Below are positions 1 through 8,607 of a stretch of DNA of 29,465 nucleotides, one piece after another. Both the position numbers and the translations under genes were made by a program. This stretch comes from a virus (Duplodnaviria; Caudoviricetes), in IMG/VR virus record IMGVR_UViG_3300020716_000030, positions 1-29,465 of that record. One strand, 5' to 3'. The notes beneath the pieces are model-generated. The model did no database searches. It was not told the DNA's origin and saw only the letters and a program-made list of their open reading frames with translations. Numbering within the stretch: position 1 is the first letter of the stretch; each line of letters begins with the position of its first letter.

Positions 1-623
1 GTAACACCCAATACATTCTGTTCAGGTAAATATAATTTCAAAAAAGGTGTTTGGTCAGTTGACGTAATAACTCTTCTATAAACATTTGTTACACCATTCA
101 CGACAGGTTCTCTTTTTGTAATAGTATATGAAATTAATCTATTATTACTATCAAAGTTTGGTATTTTCAAACGATTGGGGGTACCGTCTAATGTAAATGG
201 ACTCGAAAAATCAATATCATTTATTGTTTCAAATGTTTGTCCTCCTCCTGAAATTTGTGCACCAGCTTTTAAAACACCTTCATATCTCATATCATCTTTA
301 TCTCCATTAACGGGTACACTTATTGAAAAATCAATTAATGTTACAGAAGGTCTTGTGTTAGGAATTTTTAAACCATATGTTTTTGCAATGAAAAATAAAG
401 ATTGTCTTTGTTGAGCATAATCCAACATTGTTTCTTGCCAAACTCTATCAATATGAAAATGTAGGTTATCTGAAATGGCAGCATTTAAATCTAACAATAC
501 GGAATATACTGAAGCATCATTAAAATTCTGAATTAAATTTGGATAGTAATTTTTTGTGAAATTTACTAACTCTTGTCTCAAACCCGCAAAATCTCTAACC
601 GCGTATGATATTTGTTTACCCAT
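1..623 (-). CDS. Baseplate wedge subunit, T4 gp6 / baseplate-J-like (5' part; runs off the left edge)
   Basis: Not in the ORF track because it has no stop in the window. ATG at 623-621 reads MGKQISYAVRDFAGLRQELVNFTKNYYPNLIQNFNDASVYSVLLDLNAAISDNLHFHIDRVWQETMLDYAQQRQSLFFIAKTYG..., matching the gp6 N-terminal pattern (DF..l+..L...; E.fLd.A..R.S...iAk..Gy). It directly follows a gp25-like gene. Confidence 0.85.
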   Translation of the reverse strand, partial: MGKQISYAVRDFAGLRQELVNFTKNYYPNLIQNFNDASVYSVLLDLNAAISDNLHFHIDRVWQETMLDYAQQRQSLFFIAKTYGLKIPNTRPSVTLIDFSISVPVNGDKDDMRYEGVLKAGAQISGGGQTFETINDIDFSSPFTLDGTPNRLKIPNFDSNNRLISYTITKREPVVNGVTNVYRRVITSTDQTPFLKLYLPEQNVLGV

Positions 624-624
624 A

Positions 625-1098
625 TTATATGTTTAAAATTATAAAATCTGAGGACGAAAATGCCCCATTATTTACTGTATAATTTATTTTTACTGTTGCT
701 GTGTAAGGTGCATCTGAAATATTACCTGCTCTGAATAATCTACTATCTTCATTAGATCCTGCAGTTTGTATATTATAAGTTGGATCATCTATTGCATCTT
801 GTATGTCTATTGATTGAATATCTAAATTTGGTAAATATTTTTTAACCGCATTTCTTATATCTTCTTCTATTTGATCATATGTTACTGAATCATTTGGTTC
901 GAATATATAACTATAAATTCTTGTTCCAAAATCAGGTAAAAAATATCTACTACCTTTTTCAGTTAAAATCAAATGGATAAGATTGGATCTAACTTCAATT
1001 TCCGAAGCAGTAGTCATTTGAAGATATTGACCCGTTGTACTATCTTGGAAAGGAAAGTTTATCCCGTATGTTGTTGTTAAATCTACAGCCATATTCAT
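625..1098 (-). CDS. Baseplate wedge / sheath-initiator protein, T4 gp25 (GPW_gp25) family; the true start may be the ATG at 1092
   Basis: GINFPF...EVRSNLIHLILTEKGSRYFLPDFGTRIYSYIFEP matches the gp25 motif (L.T..GeR...P.FG..l...lFep). Adjacent to the gp6-like gene. Confidence 0.88.
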   Translation of the reverse strand: MNMAVDLTTTYGINFPFQDSTTGQYLQMTTASEIEVRSNLIHLILTEKGSRYFLPDFGTRIYSYIFEPNDSVTYDQIEEDIRNAVKKYLPNLDIQSIDIQDAIDDPTYNIQTAGSNEDSRLFRAGNISDAPYTATVKINYTVNNGAFSSSDFIILNI

Positions 1099-1141
1099 AA
1101 ATATAATGAATATGAAAATGGTTATGTACCTTTTTATATAT

Positions 1142-1173
1142 AAAAAAAGGTTAGAATTAATTTCTAACCTTTT
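1142..1173 (-). terminator. Intrinsic terminator after thioredoxin (possibly bidirectional)
   Basis: Perfect inverted repeat AAAAGGTTAGAA (1145-1156) / TTCTAACCTTTT (1162-1173) with a 5-nt loop. A7 at 1142-1148 gives a U-tract on the minus strand. Confidence 0.75.
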
Positions 1174-1192
1174 GAATACAATATATTATTTT

Positions 1193-1459
1193 TTAGTTAT
1201 TAATACCCTCGTTAATCACTTTAATATAAGTTGATTTAGGAGAAAGACCCGAAAGTCTTTGTATTTCTTTACCATCTTTTAATAATACCACCGTAGGTAC
1301 TGTTCTAACTCCAAAATTAGTCGCTAATTCATAATCCGAATCAACATCGTGCTCACTGAATAATACATTAGGAAATTGAGATTTTACATCATTTATTATA
1401 GGGGCCAAAGCTTTACAAGGGCCACACCAACTTGCTGAAAATTTTTTTACTTCTAACAT
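1193..1459 (-). CDS. trxA: Thioredoxin
   Basis: WCGPC active site, VRTVPT cis-Pro motif, 88 aa, downstream of nrdA. Confidence 0.95.
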   Translation of the reverse strand: MLEVKKFSASWCGPCKALAPIINDVKSQFPNVLFSEHDVDSDYELATNFGVRTVPTVVLLKDGKEIQRLSGLSPKSTYIKVINEGINN

Positions 1460-1470
1460 AATTTTATTTT

Positions 1471-2109
1471 TTATAAATACTTATTTTTACAATTATCAAA
1501 ATGATATATTACCATGTTTCTATGTTTTTTTGCGGTTTTCCCACAATAGGGACATGTTACCATAGGTCTATTTTGATTTGTTAATTTCATTTTATTTTTT
1601 CTTTCTTCGGTATGTTTAATACCTTTTAATTTTTTACTAATTTTTTCTTTTACATCATTAGGTCTTTGTGTTCCGTATATCCAATGATTAGTTCCTAATT
1701 TTTTTTCTGATTGTAATTTTCTTGTTTCTTCAGAATATGTTACCTTATTATTTTTTCTATATAATTTTAAAGAATTAGATACTTTTTTATAATGTTCAAT
1801 TAACTCATCTTCGGTATAATTTACTAATGTATAACCGCCTCTAGCCGCATTTTTAATATTGTATGAATTTTCGTCTTTTGCTAAATTATATATTTTTAAA
1901 AATCTATCTTCAAATAAAAAAAGTTCGTTATTACTTTTAAATTCTTTCAAATCATATCTAATGAATGATTCCTTACCATATTTTAAAATTGCATCAGATA
2001 AAACTAATCCAGAACCTAAATAACCATCTCCATTATATCCATAATGACTTCCATAATAATATTTACCATTTTTTAAATTTACAGTTTTGTAAAAAATATA
2101 TTTTCTCAT
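1471..2109 (-). mobile_element. Free-standing GIY-YIG (Seg-like) homing endonuclease with NUMOD3-like repeats and a C-terminal Cys/His motif
   Basis: N-terminal YIFYKTVNLKNGKYYYGSH...YLGSG..L..AILKYGKESF...SYN; repeats YSEETRKLQS, RPNDVKEKIS, HTEERKNKMK; C-terminal CPYCGK...HFDNCK. Confidence 0.88.
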
Positions 2110-2118
2110 AATAATAAA

Positions 2119-2154
2119 TATACCTAAATGGATAAATTAAACCATTTAGGTATA
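2119..2154. repeat. Perfect 13-bp inverted repeat between the nrdA stop and the GIY-YIG start
   Basis: TATACCTAAATGG (2119-2131) / CCATTTAGGTATA (2142-2154) with a 10-nt loop. Confidence 0.85.
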
Positions 2155-2162
2155 ACAATTAT

Positions 2163-3941
2163 TTATCCTTCACAACTTAAACAATTTATATCGGTTGCCT
2201 TTGCAGCAATATCACCACGAAGAACACTTTCAGTTCTCATATAATAAAGTGTTTTAACACCTTGTTTCCACGCTTCTAAATGTACTGCATTAATAAATTT
2301 CGGTTCTGCAACCGCAGGAAACGCCAAGTTTAACGATACCGCTTGATCAATATATTGTTGTCTGATACCCGCTTGTCTAACTAAATCTAATTGGTTAATT
2401 TCCTTAAATGTTTTAAAAACATCTTTAATTGGAATAATTTTGAATTTGTTTTCCTCTAAAACTTCTTTCACTTCCACTATTTTAGAATCAATAAAACACC
2501 ATTCATCTAAAAAATCTAAACCTAAAATAGAACCACCATCTGCCAAAATCTGATCCCAAACTTCTTTAGTATTTTTACCAATCTTACGTAATACTCTTTC
2601 TAATTCAGGATTTTTACGAATGAAAGTTCCTTTAGATGTTTGTTCTGTAAATACGTTTGCTGCCCATGGTTCAATACCACTACTTACATTACCACTTAAT
2701 TTGGAATTCGATACTGTTGGGGCAACCGCTCTCAAATGTGTGTTTCTCATACCAAAATCTTTACACCATAATGGTTCTCCAAATTCTTTTGCCATATCTC
2801 TGCTAGCTCTTTCAGATTCAATTTTGATTTGAGAAAAGATTTTACGAGTTTCAAATTGAGCCGGTAATCCTTCAAATGGGATACCTTTTTGTTGCAAATA
2901 AGTATGCCAACCTAATACACCTAATCCCAATGCCCTACCTCTTTCAGCAGAACGTACCGCATTTTCGAAACCTCTCATATTTTTAGCTCTTTGAATAAAT
3001 TCCTCTAATACACCATCTAAAAACATTGTTGATGTATACACTAAGTCAGTATCTTTCCATTCATCGTACTTAGCCAAATTCAACGAACTTAAACAACAAA
3101 CAAAAGAATGTTGTTCATCTGTATGTAAGACAATTTCAGAACATATATTTGTCATATGTACTTTTAAACCGTTCTTCTTATACATATCAGGATTTTGTTT
3201 ATTAACATTACCTTTGAACATAATATATGGTTCACCTGTTGCCTTTCTTTTTTGTAATAGTTTACCCCATTTTCTACGTGCTTCAGAATCACCTTCATCT
3301 AATTTTTTCATAAATTTATCACTAACTACAACACATTGATGTAGGTTTAATGATTGACGATTTACATCACCTTTTGGTTCTCTTACTTCTAAGAAATCTT
3401 CAAAATCTTTATGTTCAATTTTTATGTTGACTGATGCCGCTCCTCTACGAACTGATCCTTGATTTGTTGCAATAATAGTGGAATCATAGATTTTAATAAA
3501 TGGTACCACTCCATCGGATGTACCGTTGCCCGTGATTTTAGCACCTGCAGGACGTATCATGTTGATACCAATACCAACTCCACCGCCGTGTTTTGCAAGT
3601 AACATTAATTCCAAATTCTTGTTTCCGATTTCAAAGATACTATCTCCTACATCGATACCAAAACAACTAATTGGTAAGCCTCTATCAGTTCCTGTATTTG
3701 ATAATACAGGGGTTGCCAAACATAACCATCCCTTCCAAATATAATCGAAGAATTTAGTTGCTAATTGTGGTTTTCCTAATCTTTTTGCAACCGCAGTTGC
3801 TACTCTCCAATATGCATCTTTTGGTTTTTCACCTGCTTGTAAATAACCTTTTGAGATTGTCTTTACATAAATCTCTGTGTTTGCCCATTCAGGGTAGTCG
3901 ACACCAATTTCCCAACCGAGTTCTTCTCCGTAGTATTTCAT
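2163..3941 (-). CDS. nrdA: Class I ribonucleotide reductase alpha subunit, short form without ATP-cone
   Basis: LATPVLSN, LPISCF, GGGVG, TNICSEI (N-C-E catalytic loop), CCLSSLN, APTVSNS, KTLYYMR (Tyr pair), C-terminal CLSCEG; 592 aa. Confidence 0.96.
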   Translation of the reverse strand: MKYYGEELGWEIGVDYPEWANTEIYVKTISKGYLQAGEKPKDAYWRVATAVAKRLGKPQLATKFFDYIWKGWLCLATPVLSNTGTDRGLPISCFGIDVGDSIFEIGNKNLELMLLAKHGGGVGIGINMIRPAGAKITGNGTSDGVVPFIKIYDSTIIATNQGSVRRGAASVNIKIEHKDFEDFLEVREPKGDVNRQSLNLHQCVVVSDKFMKKLDEGDSEARRKWGKLLQKRKATGEPYIMFKGNVNKQNPDMYKKNGLKVHMTNICSEIVLHTDEQHSFVCCLSSLNLAKYDEWKDTDLVYTSTMFLDGVLEEFIQRAKNMRGFENAVRSAERGRALGLGVLGWHTYLQQKGIPFEGLPAQFETRKIFSQIKIESERASRDMAKEFGEPLWCKDFGMRNTHLRAVAPTVSNSKLSGNVSSGIEPWAANVFTEQTSKGTFIRKNPELERVLRKIGKNTKEVWDQILADGGSILGLDFLDEWCFIDSKIVEVKEVLEENKFKIIPIKDVFKTFKEINQLDLVRQAGIRQQYIDQAVSLNLAFPAVAEPKFINAVHLEAWKQGVKTLYYMRTESVLRGDIAAKATDINCLSCEG

Positions 3942-3955
3942 AATCTATTTAATTT

Positions 3956-4651
3956 TTATTTAATAATTTTCCAATTTCCAAAATTTTTACTTTTACATCT
4001 TTTAGTAACCGCGGGTTCACTTATACCAAAATATTTAGCACATTCTCTTCTAGTTTCATAGATAAAACCATCAACTTCAATTTTAACCGCAACTGGACTA
4101 TTTGAACCCAATTTACTTTTTCTAATTTTTTCTTTTGTTTCATCACTCCAAACACGATTTGATGCTGCTAATGATTTTGCTTTTCTATACTCCAAACTAT
4201 TGAATACAGAATTAGGGTCTTTCCATATTTTTTTTAATGTTTCACTAACTTTTTTACTATCTCCAAATTTTTTACCAGTATGCATTTTTTTTAATTTTTC
4301 AATTGTTTCAATCGTATGTGTTTTTCCAAGTCTTTTTGATGATAACAATTTACTATACGCTTCTTTTTGTTCAGATGAGTAATGTTTAGTTGTCCAACCA
4401 CCAGTACCGCCTTCAGCTAAATTATACGAATTATCTGAATAATATTCTATCCAATATTTTTCTCTTTCATTCAATTCATCAATTGTAAGTAATTCTTCTA
4501 ACACTTCAATTTTAAAATTACCTTTTCCATATTTTTTTATTGCCTTCTCTAATAAAATACCGGAACCATAATAGTTTTTATTAAATAATTTTTCACTTTT
4601 TCCTATATAAACTTTTTCGTTTATACAATTTGTAGTTTTATAAATATACAT
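3956..4651 (-). mobile_element. Free-standing GIY-YIG (Seg-like) homing endonuclease with NUMOD3-like repeats and a C-terminal NUMOD1/HTH-like domain
   Basis: MYIYKTTNCINEKVYIGKS...YYGSG..L..AIKKYGKGNF...LNEREKYWI...SYNLAEGGTGG; HTIETIEKLK and WSDETKEKIR repeats; C-terminal DGFIYETRRECAKYFGISEPAVTKRC. Confidence 0.9.
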
Positions 4652-4714
4652 AGTATAATTGTTTACTATAAATATAGGTTAAGTAAAAAAACCATTAGAT
4701 AATAGAACCATTTT

Positions 4715-5728
4715 TTAAAATATATCATCCCAATTTTCACCCTCACCTGGTTTTGAATAATCGGTAGGTCTCATTGCAAAGAAATCAGTCCATGTAACCC
4801 CTCCAGTTAGATTATAAAACCAATCTAATTCAGAAGCTTTTTCTTCATTAAATTCAAAATAGTTATCACTTCCTTTTATTGGGTTATATCCTAATTCCGC
4901 CAATTTTTCATTAACTCTTTTAGTAATAAATTCTTTTAAATCATTCTTTTTAAGATTCTCTAAATCACCCATCTCAAAAATCTTATCAATAAATTTATGT
5001 TCTAAATCTCTTATAATTTCAGCAGCTTCATAAATTGCTGGTTTAGCTTCATCTAATAATTCAGGAAACTCCTCACACATATGTCTGAATAATTGACAAC
5101 CCATCTTTGAATGTAAAGATTCATCTCTAACACTCCATTTCATTTGTTGTCCAATTCCTTTCAATAAATTTCTCATTTGGAAAGAATATAATACAGCGAA
5201 TGAAGAATATAGTGCCACACCTTCTGCAAATGCCGAAAATATTGCTAAACTTTTACCAACTTCTTTTCTTGCCTGTGAATTTGTGTCCAAATCCTGTGGT
5301 GTCCAATCTGCGGTCGTGTTTGTTAACAATTCAAATCTTTCCTTCATAACCTCATCATGCATAAATCCTGCAAAATCATCTAATCCTAATGTTTCATTAA
5401 GATATGAATATGCTACTGAATGAATTGTTTCTTGTGAACCAAATGCCATCGCCATTTGTCTTATTTCATGTTTTGGAAACCATTTAGTGACCATACTAGT
5501 CCAATAATCTGATACTGCACATTCTGTTTGAGCAAACCCTAAAAGAATATTTCCAACTAAGTGTTTTTCTGATATATTCAAATTTTCGTTCCAATCTTTA
5601 ACATCCCCCTGCATTGGTATTTCTGTATGTAACCAAAACGCTTGCATTTGTTTCAACCACCCTTCATTATAATAATCAGGATATTCAAATGGTTTAAAAG
5701 GTATTCTTTCTGTAAATAATTTACTCAT
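4715..5728 (-). CDS. nrdB: Class I ribonucleotide reductase beta subunit
   Basis: FKPFEYP..., FWLHTE, metal ligands E69, E100/H103 (ETIH), radical-position Y107, E169 (AEGVALYSSF), E203/H206 (DESLH), C-terminal DFF..RPTDYSK. Confidence 0.96.
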   Translation of the reverse strand: MSKLFTERIPFKPFEYPDYYNEGWLKQMQAFWLHTEIPMQGDVKDWNENLNISEKHLVGNILLGFAQTECAVSDYWTSMVTKWFPKHEIRQMAMAFGSQETIHSVAYSYLNETLGLDDFAGFMHDEVMKERFELLTNTTADWTPQDLDTNSQARKEVGKSLAIFSAFAEGVALYSSFAVLYSFQMRNLLKGIGQQMKWSVRDESLHSKMGCQLFRHMCEEFPELLDEAKPAIYEAAEIIRDLEHKFIDKIFEMGDLENLKKNDLKEFITKRVNEKLAELGYNPIKGSDNYFEFNEEKASELDWFYNLTGGVTWTDFFAMRPTDYSKPGEGENWDDIF

Positions 5729-5744
5729 TTTTTTTGTTTTAATT

Positions 5745-7124
5745 TTAGTTTGCTCCTTCTCTTACTCTTCTTGTTCTTTGTAAAGCCTCAGCTGCTCTTG
5801 CTACATTATTTTGTGTTCTTTGTTCTTCGTGCCCTAATAGTGTATTTTGTGAATCGGTATCAATTAATAAGAATTCGTTATTAAACTTACAATTTGCCCA
5901 AACAATACCATCTCTACCTATTCTTGATTTAATCAAAGTTAAAGTTGCTAAGTTATGTTCTTTTTGTACTAAATTTTTTGCAATGGATAATATTACGTGT
6001 GCAATTTGTGCTTTTTTAATTGAACCACCCATTTGGTCACTTGTTACAATTTCAGAAGAAATTGAATCACGATTACCTTGTGTTGCTGTCCACAAAGCAA
6101 TATCAAATTCGCCAGTCATAACCTCTAAAGATCGCATAATTGAACCTTCACCTTTCCATTCTTCATCAAACCCATTTTTTTCTGGTGCAATACAATCAAC
6201 ATAATCAATAAGCAATAAATCAATTTTATAACCTTCGTTAGTTAATTTTCTTAACTTATTTTTGATTTCAGACACTGTTACATCACCGCTTGGTAATTTA
6301 ATCAATTTTAAGAAACCTTTATTATCCTTTTGCATTTCGTTTACCTTAGCAATAACTTCCTCTTTGTGTTCAGGTTGTTGATCAGGTGCGATTTCTGACC
6401 AAATAGTATAATGTTTTCTCTTAATGTCATTCGGATTATCTTCAAAGAAAATTTGTACTACACCTAAACCGTGATTATAGGCTGTATTTGCAAATTTAGT
6501 CATTAAAGTTGTTTTTCCTGTACCAGTTGGGGCCAAAACAACACCTAATTGTCCACGTCCTAAACCACCGTTTAACATGTTATCTAAACCTACAACACCT
6601 GTTGGTATTGGATTTCTTACATCTTTTTCTAAAGCCTCTTCAATATTGTGGAAAACATCTGTAACATCATCATTCATTACCCCTACTTGTAATGCCTTTT
6701 GAATGATTTCTTCAATTTTATTGTAAGATTCAAAAGCACCATTTTCAATAATGGAATGAACGTTTTTTAACTCTTTCTTCAAATGTTGTTGTCTACAAAA
6801 ATTCAAAGCGGTTTCTTTAGGAAAATCAGATTGTTGTTCGTTATTCTTAATCTCATTCAAAGTATCTAAATGAGTTTTAGCCATTACTGAATTTTCATTT
6901 TCAGCTTTGATTTTTTGTTCTAACGAGGTATAATCGGGGATTTTTTTATATGTTTCATTTAGTTCTTTAATATTTTCCATAATAAATCTGAAAGACATAT
7001 TATCAAAATATTTGCTATCTAAAACATCAATTATTGTTTCGCCGTACTTTTTATCTTCAATAATTGCTTTAATCAACGATTGTTGAAATGAAAAACCTAA
7101 TTTTCCAAAATTCTTTTCTTCCAT
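5745..7124 (-). CDS. Replicative DNA helicase, DnaB / T4 gp41-like (SF4)
   Basis: IPTG..GLD.ML.GGL, Walker A APTGTGKTT, Walker B LLIDYVD, WTATQGNR, KSR arginine-finger motif. Confidence 0.93.
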   Translation of the reverse strand: MEEKNFGKLGFSFQQSLIKAIIEDKKYGETIIDVLDSKYFDNMSFRFIMENIKELNETYKKIPDYTSLEQKIKAENENSVMAKTHLDTLNEIKNNEQQSDFPKETALNFCRQQHLKKELKNVHSIIENGAFESYNKIEEIIQKALQVGVMNDDVTDVFHNIEEALEKDVRNPIPTGVVGLDNMLNGGLGRGQLGVVLAPTGTGKTTLMTKFANTAYNHGLGVVQIFFEDNPNDIKRKHYTIWSEIAPDQQPEHKEEVIAKVNEMQKDNKGFLKLIKLPSGDVTVSEIKNKLRKLTNEGYKIDLLLIDYVDCIAPEKNGFDEEWKGEGSIMRSLEVMTGEFDIALWTATQGNRDSISSEIVTSDQMGGSIKKAQIAHVILSIAKNLVQKEHNLATLTLIKSRIGRDGIVWANCKFNNEFLLIDTDSQNTLLGHEEQRTQNNVARAAEALQRTRRVREGAN

Positions 7125-7135
7125 AGTTTTTTTTA

Positions 7136-7579
7136 TTATAATTCGTATCCTAAATAGGAGGTTTCCAAATCCTCAGATGATAAAATGTCAGTTAAATCTA
7201 CCAATATTCTCTTAAGTTTTGGACGAATATCTACCGTATATCTAACCTTCGGATGGTAGTAATATGCGGGGAATATTCTTTGAATAAATACATCATCGTC
7301 TAGCTTAATTTCCAATAAAAAATGTTCTTTTTCACCGGTGTTTGATTCTTCCACATTGTCTGAATTTAGGAAAAAATTTAGATTTTCGCATAGAAAATCG
7401 GAACTTTTTATTTTCAAATCATGTGAAATATCTTCACAAATATTTTGAACATAATAATGTAAATCCATCGAACATCTTGCTTGTTCGTTATGTTCCCTAA
7501 CGTTGAAAAATCTTTGACAAATAATATGTCCTTCTAATGACAACAGAAACTCAAACTTTATAAACTCTTGGTTACTCAT
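7136..7579 (-). CDS. Hypothetical protein, 147 aa, translationally coupled between exonuclease and helicase
   Basis: Overlaps the exonuclease stop by 8 nt and fills the gap before the helicase; no motif recognised. Confidence 0.75.
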   Translation of the reverse strand: MSNQEFIKFEFLLSLEGHIICQRFFNVREHNEQARCSMDLHYYVQNICEDISHDLKIKSSDFLCENLNFFLNSDNVEESNTGEKEHFLLEIKLDDDVFIQRIFPAYYYHPKVRYTVDIRPKLKRILVDLTDILSSEDLETSYLGYEL

Positions 7580-8591
7580 AATCTTTAATTTTTATAATTT
7601 TTTTATTTTTTTCTTTTCTTGTTAAACGAAGGAAAGGGTTTAAAAAATTTATCCACGCGTCATCTGATTTTGGTAAAACGCTGAATAATCCATCCTCCAC
7701 CATCATTTTCATAGTATTTTTGTATGAACGACCTTCTGGATCCAATGGCTCGTTAACTAAAAGAAGTATATTTTCTTTCGCCTCGTCAGTTAGAAATGGA
7801 TTGTCTAAATTCACGATTTGATTGTTAATATCGAAAAATTCATTACCAAACACACCATATTTGGTTACACCTGTTAATAAATTAGCTAATAATTTATTGT
7901 ATTTGTCTTGTTCAAAAAGCAAATTACCTTTTTCTTGGATTTCCGCAACCGAAAGTTTTTGTGTTTTGATTTCAGGAAATAGAGAAATAAGTCTTTTAAC
8001 TCCCATACCCTTAATTCCTGCAATAGAATCTGAATTATCACCACATAACATTTTGATAATTCTAACATTTTCAATTAGAACTTCTTCGTGTTCATAAACA
8101 ATCATTTCGTTTTGTTTATAAAGTTTTCTGTGGGATGGATTGTAAATTTGGGTATTGTCTGAAACTAACTGTGTTAAATCACCGTCTGAAGAATAAATTA
8201 TCTTTTTCTCATTGGGTGAGTTTTGTGTATAATAAGCAATGCAATCATCTGTTTCGCAAAATGGATATTCTCCTTGTCTTACGTAAATTTCTTCAAGATA
8301 TTGCTTTACTCTTTGTCTTTGGTATCTATATGAGTTTAATTCTTCTTCACTTCTAACCCTTTCACGCCTATTTTCCTTGTAGTGGACATATAACTTCTTT
8401 CTAGTTTGTGAACTTTCTTCACCATCCCAAAATACTACTATTTTATCTAATTGATATGCATCAAACGATCTCCTAAGAGTATTAATAAAATGATAGATTC
8501 CTCCAAAATGTGTGCCTTTATAAAAGTAATTTTTTGCACCATAAAAACCAATCGTAAGTAAATTATCTCCATCTACAAGTAAAACTGACAT
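7572..8591 (-). CDS. 5'-3' exonuclease / flap endonuclease (T4 RNase H / PolA N-terminal type)
   Basis: LLVDGDNL, VFWDG, YKENR, ETDDCIA, SSDGDLTQL, LCGDNSDSIAGIKGMG (H3TH motif). Confidence 0.93.
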   Translation of the reverse strand: MSVLLVDGDNLLTIGFYGAKNYFYKGTHFGGIYHFINTLRRSFDAYQLDKIVVFWDGEESSQTRKKLYVHYKENRRERVRSEEELNSYRYQRQRVKQYLEEIYVRQGEYPFCETDDCIAYYTQNSPNEKKIIYSSDGDLTQLVSDNTQIYNPSHRKLYKQNEMIVYEHEEVLIENVRIIKMLCGDNSDSIAGIKGMGVKRLISLFPEIKTQKLSVAEIQEKGNLLFEQDKYNKLLANLLTGVTKYGVFGNEFFDINNQIVNLDNPFLTDEAKENILLLVNEPLDPEGRSYKNTMKMMVEDGLFSVLPKSDDAWINFLNPFLRLTRKEKNKKIIKIKDYE

Positions 8592-8607
8592 TAAAAATCA
8601 TTATTGA

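Noticed and set aside
4639-4646. Additional TATAAATA match
   Set aside because: It is the coding sequence of M-Y-I-Y-K at the start of the GIY-YIG gene.
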